Source of the DNA: Alphaproteobacteria bacterium UBA830 | GTDB lineage: Bacteria; Pseudomonadota; Alphaproteobacteria; MPNO01; UBA830 | Reading direction: 5' to 3' | Assembly (NCBI GenBank): GCA_002295635.1 | Contig: DBHK01000017.1 | Span: forward strand, 25,396-89,395 | Length of the DNA: 64,000 nt | Part shown: piece by piece, positions 11,046 through 20,896 of the stretch | Layout: the number at the start of each line of letters is the position of its first letter | How positions within the stretch are numbered: position 1 is the first letter of the stretch | The notes under the pieces: model-generated | Told to the model about the DNA's origin: nothing | Database searches by the model: none | What the model saw: only the letters and a program-made list of their open reading frames with translations | Position numbers and translations under genes: made by a program

Positions 11046-11310
11046 ATTTCCAAATGGATACCAAGTCCGTTATCAATCTCGCGCTAGATAGTTATCCGGG
11101 TTAACTACTCTTCTTCGATTCCACAGTACCATTACGTCTGCTGCTCTCTAACCAAAAATTCTTGCAGGTTGGCGAGCGTGGTATGCTGTGGAACGGCGCG
11201 TATCGTCACGAGCATTTGCTACTAGATGAAGCATTCAGTGTAGCGGAACCCACGTTAGCCTTATTAGAAAAAATACTTCGGTGGAAGACGCTTTTATTGA
11301 CTCACCGATT

Positions 11311-11922
11311 TTACGTGTTCTCGGGCGGCAACGACTTTATCACCGCGGGAAGATCTTCCATCCGCTGGAACCAACCACGAAGATTAGGGTGCTCCGTCCT
11401 CCAGCTGAAATGCGGTATCCGGCGTTCTAAATCTAACGCGCAGAAAAGAAGAATCTGAGGCTTAGTCAAACCAATTTGAAAAACCTTATCGTAAATCGCT
11501 CCTTCAAAGTAATCGGCGAGCCTAATTGCGCGGCGTCTTTCATGATCAAGTACCTCGGAGGATTGTTTCTCCGGTGGACGTTTTATCTCACGCGCCCAGA
11601 CCGAAGTGCCATCGAGCATGCTCCGGGCAGTCGCTTCGAAGCGCCGAAATGGCCAATGTTCGTCGCCTTCTGGGACGCTATAGTTGCGTGGCATCACCAG
11701 TGCATCGAAATAGTCTACAATAAGGTCTGTTTCTTCCATTCCAGTACCATCGGCTAACATAAGAAACGGGACCCTTCCTGACGGGTTAACCGACAGGAGC
11801 GGATCTTCGGGCTGTCGGGTACGTGTCCAAACCAGATCGACCTGGTCCGATAGGCCCTTATCATGCATTACAATCATAGCTAAACGAGCATAAGGGGACG
11901 TGGTTGTGACATAGAGTTTCAT
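11311..11922 (-). CDS. glutathione S-transferase family protein
   Basis: 203 aa; N-terminal thioredoxin-like GST fold motif (MKLYVTTTSPYARLAMIV ... VPFL). Confidence 0.6.
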   Translation of the reverse strand: MKLYVTTTSPYARLAMIVMHDKGLSDQVDLVWTRTRQPEDPLLSVNPSGRVPFLMLADGTGMEETDLIVDYFDALVMPRNYSVPEGDEHWPFRRFEATARSMLDGTSVWAREIKRPPEKQSSEVLDHERRRAIRLADYFEGAIYDKVFQIGLTKPQILLFCALDLERRIPHFSWRTEHPNLRGWFQRMEDLPAVIKSLPPENT

Positions 11923-11940
11923 GCGGCTATCCCCGGTGAA

Positions 11941-13197
11941 TCAGGTCTGTCTGATCAGCACATGTCGCTTCTTGCCGGCTGATAGTTTTATTACGCCATC
12001 ACCATCCGCATCGGCGGCCGAAACTATCGAGTTTTCATCAACGATTTTTACATCGTTTAACCGCGCGCCACCCCCGCGGATCAGTCGGCGGGCTTCACCG
12101 TTAGTTTTAACAAGTCCAGCTCGAGCGAACATGGAAAATGCAGCGATCCCATCTGCAAGCTCAATGGCCGAGATATTGACCGTCGGTAGTCCCTTTGCAG
12201 TTTGTCCATGTTCAAATGTCTCTGCCGCCGTAAAAGCAACTTTCTCGGCGGCAGAACGTCCGTGACACATCGCGGTGGTCTCCGTCGCTAAGATCTTTTT
12301 GGCCTCGTTGATTTCCATATCCCGCAGGGTCTCCAGTTTTTGGATTTCATCCAACGGCAAATCGGTAAATAGGCGCAAGAAATTCCCAACATCCGCATCA
12401 GCGGTGTTGCGCCAGAACTGCCAGTATTCGTAAGGGCTCACCCGGTCAGAATTAAGCCAAACAGCACCATCGACCGTCTTGCCCATTTTTGTACCGGAGT
12501 CGTTGGTAATTAGTGGCGAGGTAAGACCAAACGTCTGAGCTTTATCGACACGGCGAGCAAGTTCTACCCCATTCACGATGTTGCCCCATTGATCTGACCC
12601 TCCCATCTGTAGGATGCAGCCGTAGCGTCGATTAAGCTCCATGAAATCGTATGCTTGGAGGATCATGTAGTTAAATTCTAGGAATGACATGGGCTGTTTG
12701 CGCGATAGGCGTAGTTTTACCGATTCAAAACTAAGCATTCGATTAACGGAAAAATGCTGTCCATAATCTCGGAGGAATGGGATGTAGGCCAGCCTGTCTA
12801 GCCAGTCCGCATTATCGACAATGATTGCGTCAGTCGAATCTTCACCAAACTTAAGAAATTTTTCAAATATGCCCTGAATGCTTCTTTTGTTAGAAGCGAT
12901 GGCTTCGTCGGTAATCAATTGACGTGCCTCGTCCTTCCCGGAGGGATCACCAACCTTTGTAGTACCGCCACCCATCAATACGATTGGCTTATGTCCGGAT
13001 TTCTGGAACCACCGAAGCAACATAATTGGCAGTAGTGAGCCCACATGCAAGGAATCAGCCGTGCAGTCGAAGCCGATATAACAAGTCTTTGGCTGCCCTT
13101 CATCAAGTGTTTCATCCAGAGCCACAATATCGGTGCACTGATGCACGAAGCCCCGCTCTGTTACGTTTCTCAAAAAGTCGGATTTTGGGTCGGTCAT
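11941..13197 (-). CDS. tyrS: tyrosine--tRNA ligase
   Basis: 418 aa; HVGSL (HIGH-class motif) and KMGKT (KMSKS-class motif); C-terminal S4-like domain. Confidence 0.9.
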   Translation of the reverse strand: MTDPKSDFLRNVTERGFVHQCTDIVALDETLDEGQPKTCYIGFDCTADSLHVGSLLPIMLLRWFQKSGHKPIVLMGGGTTKVGDPSGKDEARQLITDEAIASNKRSIQGIFEKFLKFGEDSTDAIIVDNADWLDRLAYIPFLRDYGQHFSVNRMLSFESVKLRLSRKQPMSFLEFNYMILQAYDFMELNRRYGCILQMGGSDQWGNIVNGVELARRVDKAQTFGLTSPLITNDSGTKMGKTVDGAVWLNSDRVSPYEYWQFWRNTADADVGNFLRLFTDLPLDEIQKLETLRDMEINEAKKILATETTAMCHGRSAAEKVAFTAAETFEHGQTAKGLPTVNISAIELADGIAAFSMFARAGLVKTNGEARRLIRGGGARLNDVKIVDENSIVSAADADGDGVIKLSAGKKRHVLIRQT

Positions 13198-13370
13198 AGT
13201 CAGGGTCCGTATTTCGATAAGCGCTGTTTCCTATCACAGGGGTCCCGCGAAATCCACGCCGGGCCTATACTATTGGAACCGTCGTTATTAGACTCTCTTG
13301 GGTCAGCCGTAAAATTAATTGCAGACTTCAACTCCTAACGCCAGACTGAATAATGAATGAAGGGTAGAGA

Positions 13371-14246
13371 TTGATGGAACCTGGTAGATACGGACCTTTC
13401 TCCTATAAACCAATCAACCGGCGGCCTAAAGTTGTCTGGCCAGATGGTAACCACATCGCTCTCTGGATAGTGCCCAATATAGAAACATTTCCGTTGAACG
13501 AACCGATACCAGGGGGAACGGGTATTACGCCAGACGTGATCAACTGGGCATCACGGGATTATGGCGCCCGGGTAGGTATTTTTCGAATTATGGAAGTGAT
13601 GGATAGACATGGCATTCGGGGGACGGTCGCGCTTAACAGCGAAGTCTGCGACGACTATCCAGAGATAATTGATGACGCCATGGATCGCAACTGGGAGTTT
13701 ATGGGGCATAACCAATCGAATAGTCGTTATATCCATACGATGGAGGATCAACTAGGCCGTCAACTGGTTTCGGAAACCCTTGATCGGATTGAACAATCGA
13801 CCGGTATCCGGCCCAAAGGATGGCTGTCGAGTGGACTTCAGCAAAACTGGACCACACTGGACGCGCTGATTGACTGCGGCGTCAAATACGTCGCAGATTT
13901 CATCAACGATGATCAACCCTATTTGATGAATGTGAACAGCCGCCAAATCTGTTCAATCCCGTATTCAACAGAAATTAACGATCTTCCGCAGTTTTTGAGG
14001 ATGAATCGGACGAGCGAGGAGTTCACTCAGATGATACGTCATCAGTTCGATACCCTTTATCGCGAAAGCTTAGAAAGCGGTTCAGGACGGGTGATGGCTA
14101 TCTGTTTGCACCCGTTCGTTATTGGAGTTCCCCATCGCATTCAGGCTCTGGAAGATGCCCTGTCTTACATCAGTAGACATGACGGAGTTTGGAAAACAAC
14201 CGGTACCGAGATCATAGAGCACTACCTGATGGGCGAGACCTTTTAA
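13371..14246 (+). CDS. polysaccharide deacetylase family protein (PuuE-like)
   Basis: 291 aa; similarity pattern to PuuE/chitin-deacetylase-like NodB fold proteins; directly upstream of anmK. Confidence 0.5.
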   Translation: MMEPGRYGPFSYKPINRRPKVVWPDGNHIALWIVPNIETFPLNEPIPGGTGITPDVINWASRDYGARVGIFRIMEVMDRHGIRGTVALNSEVCDDYPEIIDDAMDRNWEFMGHNQSNSRYIHTMEDQLGRQLVSETLDRIEQSTGIRPKGWLSSGLQQNWTTLDALIDCGVKYVADFINDDQPYLMNVNSRQICSIPYSTEINDLPQFLRMNRTSEEFTQMIRHQFDTLYRESLESGSGRVMAICLHPFVIGVPHRIQALEDALSYISRHDGVWKTTGTEIIEHYLMGETF

Positions 14247-14284
14247 GGGTGACAGAATTCCGGCCTATATGGGCACTAGGTCTT

Positions 14285-15334
14285 ATGAGCGGCACGTCTA
14301 TAGATGGTATAGACGCTGCCCTAGTCCAGACAGATGGCGAAAAGATCTTCAATTTCGGGCCGGCGTGCACCGTGCCCTATTCCTTCGCCCTTGAGCAGTC
14401 GATTAGATCAGCTCTCGGAAAGCAGAGTGAAAACGGGGAATTAGTCCGCAATCTTACGGATGCTCATGCGTCCGCCGTAGAAAACATCCTTTCAAAACAC
14501 CCAACATATAAGGAAAAAATCCAGCTAATAGGCCTACACGGCCATACCCTATTTCACTCACCAGACGAAGGTGTCACCATCCAGGCCGGTGATGGAGAGA
14601 GACTCGCAAAAAAAACTGGTTACGACGTTGTATACGACTTCCGCTTTGCTGACGTAGCGTCAGGCGGTCAAGGTGCTCCGTTAGTTCCGCTTTTCCACGA
14701 AGCCCTTGGCCGGGATTTAGACGGACCGATAGAAGTCGTCAATATTGGTGGAATATCGAACATCACTTGGATTGATCCAGCGGGAGACATGCCGCCGATA
14801 GCGTTCGACACCGGCCCCGGCAATGCCCTGCTGGATGACTGGGTCAGGAGTACTAGCAATTTGATGTACGATCGAGACGGGGTGTTAAGTTCCTGTGGCA
14901 CACCTCACAGAGATACCCTTTTAAAGCTAATGAACAACCCGTATTTTGATAGACCGCCCCCCAAGTCACTCGACCGGCTATCTTTGAATACAGAGCTCGT
15001 AAATGGCCTCTCTCCTGCGGATGGCGCGGCAACATTGGTACATTTTACCTGCGAAACCATCGCAGGTAATTTCGCGCACGTGCCATCTAAACCGAAAAGG
15101 CTATTAATTACTGGTGGCGGTCGACACAACCCAAACATAATGCGAACTTTAGCTGAAATAGCTGGGCTTCCAGTTTCCCCAGTAGAAGCGGTCAACTGGG
15201 ATGGCGACGCTATTGAAGCACAGGCTTTCGCCTTCTTAGCTGTCCGCTCACTACGTGGTTTACCTTTAAGCCTCCCATCGACCACGGGGGTACCTGAACC
15301 GACTACAGGAGGCAGGCTGGCACGGACTAGCTAA
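14285..15334 (+). CDS. anmK: anhydro-N-acetylmuramic acid kinase
   Basis: LMSGTSIDGIDAALV N-terminal motif; the ORF-track start at 14189 overlaps the upstream gene by 58 nt, so Met at 14285 is the likely start (GTG at 14249 is an alternative). Confidence 0.8.
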   Translation: MSGTSIDGIDAALVQTDGEKIFNFGPACTVPYSFALEQSIRSALGKQSENGELVRNLTDAHASAVENILSKHPTYKEKIQLIGLHGHTLFHSPDEGVTIQAGDGERLAKKTGYDVVYDFRFADVASGGQGAPLVPLFHEALGRDLDGPIEVVNIGGISNITWIDPAGDMPPIAFDTGPGNALLDDWVRSTSNLMYDRDGVLSSCGTPHRDTLLKLMNNPYFDRPPPKSLDRLSLNTELVNGLSPADGAATLVHFTCETIAGNFAHVPSKPKRLLITGGGRHNPNIMRTLAEIAGLPVSPVEAVNWDGDAIEAQAFAFLAVRSLRGLPLSLPSTTGVPEPTTGGRLARTS

Positions 15335-15524
15335 GAATATTCTGACAAGTTTTTAAAAGTTGCTACGGTCGATCTAAAAACGCCCCGCCCCCCGTATGAT
15401 CACGAATTCTTCCACTTTATAATTCCACAGAAGCAGATATTTCAAAAGGATCCGGGTTTCCGGTACGCACTTTCGCGCTATCATTTGGTCAGTCTATCGG
15501 CCGTTAGTTTCAGTATATCTGATA

Positions 15525-16659
15525 TTAGGTTGAATTACCCGTGTCTTCTTCAACGCCATCTCCGGCCACCCGCTGGGCTAGGGCGGCTGCCATAAAGTCA
15601 TCGAGATCTCCGTCGAGAACGTTTTGAGTATTCGAGGTTTCAACCTCGGTTCGGAGATCTTTTACCATTTGATAAGGATGTAACACATATGACCTGATCT
15701 GATGTCCCCAGCCGATCTCTGTCTTAGCATCCTGCTCCGCCTGCGCCGCCTCTTCGCGGCGCTGTAGTTCCGCTTCGTACAGGCGTGCTCGCAGCATCCG
15801 CATCGCCTCAGCCCGGTTACGGTGCTGAGACCGGTCGTTCTGGCATGCGACGACGATGCCAGAGGGAATATGCGTGATACGGATCGCGCTATCCGTAGTA
15901 TTGACGTGCTGTCCACCAGCTCCCTGAGATCGATAGGTATCGATGCGTAGGTCTTTCTCATCAACCGCTATCTCGATGTCGTCATCAATCTCCGGATAAG
16001 CCCAAACCGAAGCGAAGCTAGTGTGACGCCGAGCGCTGGAGTCATAAGGTGATATTCGCACTAAACGATGGACGCCACTTTCTGTTTTTAGCCAGCCATA
16101 TGCATTATGGCCCTGAATCCGGATGGTAGCCGATTTCAATCCGGCTTCTTCCCCTGGACTTTCCTCCATCACTTCAACCTCACACCCATGGGATTCCGAC
16201 CATCTGATGTACATCCGAATCAGCATCTGAGCCCAGTCTTGGCTTTCTGTGCCTCCAGCGCCGGCATGCACCTCGAGGAAACAATCATTGGAGTCGGCTT
16301 CTCCGGACAGAAGGGTCTGAAGTTCCTGTTTAGCCGCTGATTTCTGGAGCTCGTGGAGCGTCTCTTCAGCCTCATTAATAATTTCTCTGTCGCCTTCAAC
16401 TTCAGCTATTTCTATTAACTCAACTGTGTCGTTTAGATCCTGCACTAGGGACCAGTATTCCTGAAGCGACCTCTCAACCTGATTACGCTCGCGCATAATT
16501 TTCTGCGCGCGCTCTCGGTTTGTCCAGAGTTCTGGGTCTTCGGCCTGAGAATTGAGCTCGTCTAGTCGTTTAGCTGCATGGTCCGGGTCAAAGGTGCCTC
16601 CTCAGCAGTTCTAGTGACTGCTCGATTTTATCGGCCAGAGCTTGCGTTTCAGCGCGCAT
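15525..16659 (-). CDS. prfB: peptide chain release factor 2, with programmed +1 ribosomal frameshift
   Basis: Frame-0 ORF from ATG at 16659 (MRAETQALADKIEQSLELLRRHL) ends at in-frame TGA within CTT TGA C; +1 frame continues DPDHAAKRLDELNSQAEDPELWTNRERAQKIMRERNQ into the 323-aa ORF carrying SPF region and GGQHVNTTDSA motif; total about 367 aa. Confidence 0.9.
16586..16601 (-). other. prfB: prfB +1 frameshift site (internal SD AGGAGG, then CTT TGA C)
   Basis: Minus-strand sequence AGG AGG CAC CTT TGA CCC read directly; matches the autoregulatory RF2 frameshift cassette. Confidence 0.85.
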
Positions 16660-16731
16660 CTTTCTTTGTTTTCCCCATTCGAATTGAAGTCATATACACA
16701 AGGCAGGCAGTATCCCACTTATGTGTATATA

Positions 16732-19161
16732 TTAGTATAGACCGCGAAGCTTCCTCGTGGGAGTCACACCCCTATTTCCATTCTGAAACTCCCCGCCGCT
16801 GCCGTCGAGCACTTTTCCGGTTCCGGTCGGTATAGTGCCCGGGAGAAAGGCCTCAAGAATCACCCCTCGACGGCCGGACCGCACTGGTTTTCCTGTGCGA
16901 TAATCGACGCGAACGAGTTCAAGACCGGGTGGTATACGAAAAGGGATAGCGGGTTTGTTCGAAAGCGCCGCCTCCATAAAAGATTTAAAAATAGGTGCTG
17001 CAACAGATGATCCTGTTTCCCGCTTACCAAGGGGCTTAGGTGTATCAAACCCTACGTAGACCCCAACCGCTAAATCAGGGGAGAAACCGACGAACCAAGT
17101 GTCTCGGCTCTCATTTGTGGTACCTGTTTTCCCAGCAAGTGGTTTTCCGATAATATTTATTCGCCTACCAGTACCGCGTTTGACTACTCCCTCTAGCATC
17201 GAGACCAACTGGTAAGCTGTTCTTGGGTCTGCTATCTGTTCTCGGTTGTCTGGCAATTGCGGTAGATCTTCGTCCTCCCAAGCGATTTCGTCGCAGCCTA
17301 CACAGCGGCGATCATCGTGCCGGAAGATAGTTTTCCCTGTTCGATTTTGGATCTTATCAATCAACGTGGGCTGTATACGCTTGCCGCCATTGACCAGCAT
17401 CGCATAGGCCGTCGTCATGCGCATCAGAGTAGTTTCGCTAGCCCCCAAGGACATCGAAAGCATAGGCTTAAGATCATCGATAACATTGAAGCGTTTTGCA
17501 TAGTCTACGACAGTCTCCATTCCAATATTTTGGGCTAGGCGAACGGTCATGAGGTTACGCGATTTCTCTATACCTATACGAAGTGGGCTGGCACCATAGA
17601 ATTTCTTTGTGTAGTTGCCCGGCCTCCAGCGTCCGAGGCCGGGCCCCTGATCTATGACAAACGGCGCATCCAGGATCTGGCTAGATGGGGTGAAGCCCTT
17701 ATCCAGAGCGGCCAGATAGACAAAGGGCTTAAACGCCGAGCCTGGCTGACGAAAGGCCTGAGTCACCCGGTTGAATTGACTCAGTTCGGCAGAAAAGCCT
17801 CCTGACATCGCAAGTACGCGCCCGGTATGCGGATCCAGCACCACAATCGCGCCGCTAATTTGTGGGATTTGCCTGAGTGCGTATATGTCGAGGTTTGAGG
17901 GATCCTTATTATTTTCTTTCGCGACCGATTCAACCGCGATGACATCTCCCAAACTCAATACATCTCGGGGTAATTTAGGGGCTGGACCGGGCTGATCTTT
18001 TTCGTCAAAACGTCGTGCCCAGTTCATTCCCTTCAATGGCAAAATACCCGAGGATTTGTCAGAGAAACCAATTTTTGCGCTTGTGTTAGATAACGATAGT
18101 ACAACAGCGGTCTTCCATTGTTCCACGTCTTCCGGGAGGGCATGCCTAGAAAGCTCACTATGCCAGCCCGGGCGTATATCGATCTGGCCGAGCGGACCGC
18201 GCCAACCATGCCGCCTGTCGTAGGCGGACAGTCCCAAGCGTAAAGACGTGTCAGCGATTTTTTGCAACCGTGAATCTAATGTCGTCCTCACCGAAAGACC
18301 GCCACCATACAGTCCGCGGTCTCCATATGCATCCTGCAGTTCTCGGCGTACCTCTTCAACGAAGTAATCGGCTCTCGCTGCATCCGCTCCACCCGGTGGA
18401 CGCACATCTACAGAATCCGCCATTTCAGCAGAAACAGCTTTTATTGAGATATAACCATTTTCTGCCATTCGGTTTAACACGTAGTTACGACGCGCCCTTG
18501 CCGCAGCAGGTTTGCGGATTGGATGATAGTTGTTTGGGGCTTTGGGCAAACCCGCAAGGAACGCAGCTTCTGCTAAAGTGAGATCATCTAACGATTTATC
18601 AAAATAATTCAGCGCCGCCGCCGCGACCCCATAAGATCCAAAGCCTAGATAAATTTCGTTAAGATAAAGTTCCAATATTTTTTCTTTGGAGAACGCTCGC
18701 TCTATCCTAAGCGCGAGGATAACCTCTTTAACCTTTCTGGCAATGGACACCTCGTTCGTCAGTAGAAAGTTTTTCGCAACCTGTTGCGTAATAGTCGAAG
18801 CCCCAATGGGGCGCCGATCAGTATTTATACGGCGAAGGTTTGTCAGCGTCGCTCGGAGAATACCCGGAAGGTCGATTCCCCAATGGGTATAGAAAGTTTT
18901 GTCCTCCGACGATAGGAATGCCTCAATTACCCTCTTCGGCATCGCCGAAATCGGTACGAAGACGCGTTTCTCGCGCGCGAATTCTGCCATCAGTCGGCCG
19001 TCACCTGCATGGATACGGGTCACCGTCGGCGGGTTGTAGTCAGCGAGTTTTTGGTATTCCGGAAGATCCTTTCCAAAATAATAAAAGCCATAAAGCAGGC
19101 CACCCACGCCGGCGAATGTCAGTACTACGATCATCAGAAATGCCGCAGCCAAAATTCTCAT
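16732..19161 (-). CDS. mrcA: penicillin-binding protein 1A (class A, transglycosylase/transpeptidase)
   Basis: 809 aa; N-terminal TM; glycosyltransferase motifs (EDKTFYTHWGID, RIGASTITQQ) and transpeptidase SAFKP (SxxK) and KTGTT (KTG) motifs. Confidence 0.9.
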   Translation of the reverse strand: MRILAAAFLMIVVLTFAGVGGLLYGFYYFGKDLPEYQKLADYNPPTVTRIHAGDGRLMAEFAREKRVFVPISAMPKRVIEAFLSSEDKTFYTHWGIDLPGILRATLTNLRRINTDRRPIGASTITQQVAKNFLLTNEVSIARKVKEVILALRIERAFSKEKILELYLNEIYLGFGSYGVAAAALNYFDKSLDDLTLAEAAFLAGLPKAPNNYHPIRKPAAARARRNYVLNRMAENGYISIKAVSAEMADSVDVRPPGGADAARADYFVEEVRRELQDAYGDRGLYGGGLSVRTTLDSRLQKIADTSLRLGLSAYDRRHGWRGPLGQIDIRPGWHSELSRHALPEDVEQWKTAVVLSLSNTSAKIGFSDKSSGILPLKGMNWARRFDEKDQPGPAPKLPRDVLSLGDVIAVESVAKENNKDPSNLDIYALRQIPQISGAIVVLDPHTGRVLAMSGGFSAELSQFNRVTQAFRQPGSAFKPFVYLAALDKGFTPSSQILDAPFVIDQGPGLGRWRPGNYTKKFYGASPLRIGIEKSRNLMTVRLAQNIGMETVVDYAKRFNVIDDLKPMLSMSLGASETTLMRMTTAYAMLVNGGKRIQPTLIDKIQNRTGKTIFRHDDRRCVGCDEIAWEDEDLPQLPDNREQIADPRTAYQLVSMLEGVVKRGTGRRINIIGKPLAGKTGTTNESRDTWFVGFSPDLAVGVYVGFDTPKPLGKRETGSSVAAPIFKSFMEAALSNKPAIPFRIPPGLELVRVDYRTGKPVRSGRRGVILEAFLPGTIPTGTGKVLDGSGGEFQNGNRGVTPTRKLRGLY

Positions 19162-19225
19162 ATTTCACCTCCAAGCGGCACCGCGGTCCGCCCCCTCGAT
19201 ACTGAGCGCTAAGAATATGGCTATA

Positions 19226-20443
19226 TTAAGGCTGATTAAGAGCTTCCTGACGGTCAAAATATCGGCGTATTGCCCGAGTCATCGCTGTCGCCATCCTCCG
19301 GCGTTGGCCAGGATCCCGCAGCAACCGCTCGTCCGAACGATTAGATAAATATCCAAGTTCGACCAATACGGAGGGAATATCCGGCGCCTTAAGCACCGCA
19401 AAACCGGCAAACCTGTGAGTATTACGCAGCATTTTTCTGACTTTGGATAACTCTGTCACTAATTGGCGGGCGAAAACCGTGGATTCATTCATTGTTTCCC
19501 GCTGAGCGAGGTCGATAAGGATATTAACAACCTCGTTTGACTGCTCGTTCAAGTCCAAACCAGCAATCATGTCAGATTTATTTTCCTTCCTTGCAAGAGC
19601 AGCTGCTTCTTTATCAGACGCCCTTTCGGAGAGAGTATAAACTGACATGCCCCGCACTCGAGGATTGCGGATCGAATCTGCATGGATCGACAAAAAAAGG
19701 TCTGCGCCTGCGGCACGCGCACGGGCAATGCGCTCACGCAGTCGAATAAACACGTCTCGACCCCGCGTCAAACGAACCTCAAACTTGCCTGTCGCCCTTA
19801 ATTGTCGTCGCAATTCCTTAGAAAAGGATAAGACTATATGTTTCTCCCAAACCCCGGACCGACTTATCGCCCCCGGGTCAACTCCTCCGTGTCCAGGGTC
19901 GATCATAATCACTATCTTCTCACCTGACTTTGACTTCGGCTTAAGCACCGGCGGGCGCAGCCGAGGGGTAGCGTCGGGCCCTGGCTTTGACCGTTTTCCA
20001 ATTCGCGAGTAAGCAGCCATGAATGCGTTTTCTGTTACCCTCTTGATATCCAGAACAATACGATGCGGGCGTCCCGCGGCATTCGGCGGAATCATGAATG
20101 CTTTGGTGATTCGAACTGGTCCTTTGGAGTCCAGAACAACACGGGACAAACCCGGCTTGAATAGCCCGAACCGCATCCCAGTAATTAGTCCACCGCTAGG
20201 CGGGGCCCGAAGTTTCGGTGACCACGTCACCTCGGGCATATCAACGACCACACGATAAGGTCTAGGCAGCGTAAATGTACGGAAATCAAGCGCCCTCGAA
20301 ACTTCCATAACGACCCGTGTTTTACTCGCGTAAACACCGACTCTAACGTCGGAAACCTGCGGAGCCGCAACCGCAGCCTGCACTAGGAACATAGTTGCTC
20401 CCACGATTGCGAAACGGTCGAAAGTAACTCGTATCTTGCACAT
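19226..20443 (-). CDS. amiC: N-acetylmuramoyl-L-alanine amidase (AmiC-like, with N-terminal AMIN domain)
   Basis: 405 aa; signal peptide; IMIDPGHGGVDPGA and LSIHADS Amidase_3 motifs. Confidence 0.8.
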   Translation of the reverse strand: MCKIRVTFDRFAIVGATMFLVQAAVAAPQVSDVRVGVYASKTRVVMEVSRALDFRTFTLPRPYRVVVDMPEVTWSPKLRAPPSGGLITGMRFGLFKPGLSRVVLDSKGPVRITKAFMIPPNAAGRPHRIVLDIKRVTENAFMAAYSRIGKRSKPGPDATPRLRPPVLKPKSKSGEKIVIMIDPGHGGVDPGAISRSGVWEKHIVLSFSKELRRQLRATGKFEVRLTRGRDVFIRLRERIARARAAGADLFLSIHADSIRNPRVRGMSVYTLSERASDKEAAALARKENKSDMIAGLDLNEQSNEVVNILIDLAQRETMNESTVFARQLVTELSKVRKMLRNTHRFAGFAVLKAPDIPSVLVELGYLSNRSDERLLRDPGQRRRMATAMTRAIRRYFDRQEALNQP

Positions 20444-20896
20444 ATTGCGGACCGTCAGAATTTAGACACAACATATATCCGTAAGCGCTGGATTTATACA
20501 GTGAAATCCCTTCAGATATTTGTTGATTATAAGTTGTACCAACAGGGTGTGCAGTCTATCCTAATCAGGCGAACATCCGCGGATGAGACGGAGAAGCCCT
20601 CCGACGCTGACGCGGCCTCCATGCAATCAGCGCCCCTCGACTCGATACTATAAAATTGTCGACCGGCAGCTAGAAACGGCAGAAGGCGGCGCGGTTCAGT
20701 CGCGGTACATAGAACCTAAGGCCGAGCCCGATAATATATTGGGTTCCGCGACCAATTTGCGTCCTTGCCCTGGTGGCGCCCCTTTAGGGAGGCCCCATTT
20801 GGCAGGTTGACGGTGGCGCGGATGGTCTTGCAGGCTCGGCACAAACCCAATCGGTCGTTCGCACCTTGGGGGAGCTGTCGGCATGGAGAATTAAAT
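20444..20896 (+). promoter_or_regulatory. long 5' leader/promoter region of rne (putative autoregulatory UTR)
   Basis: About 450 nt non-coding between divergent amiC and the rne start; rne genes classically carry long structured autoregulatory leaders. Confidence 0.4.

Noticed and set aside
11162-11458. 98-aa plus-strand ORF in the gap after the AsmA-like gene, overlapping the GST gene's 3' end
   Set aside because: It has no RBS and no recognisable domain, overlaps a confident convergent gene, and is likely spurious.
15335-15524. G/C-rich stretch AAAAACGCCCCGCCCCCC between convergent anmK and prfB as a bidirectional terminator
   Set aside because: It has homopolymeric C/G runs but no self-complementary stem, and cannot be called a hairpin terminator from sequence alone.
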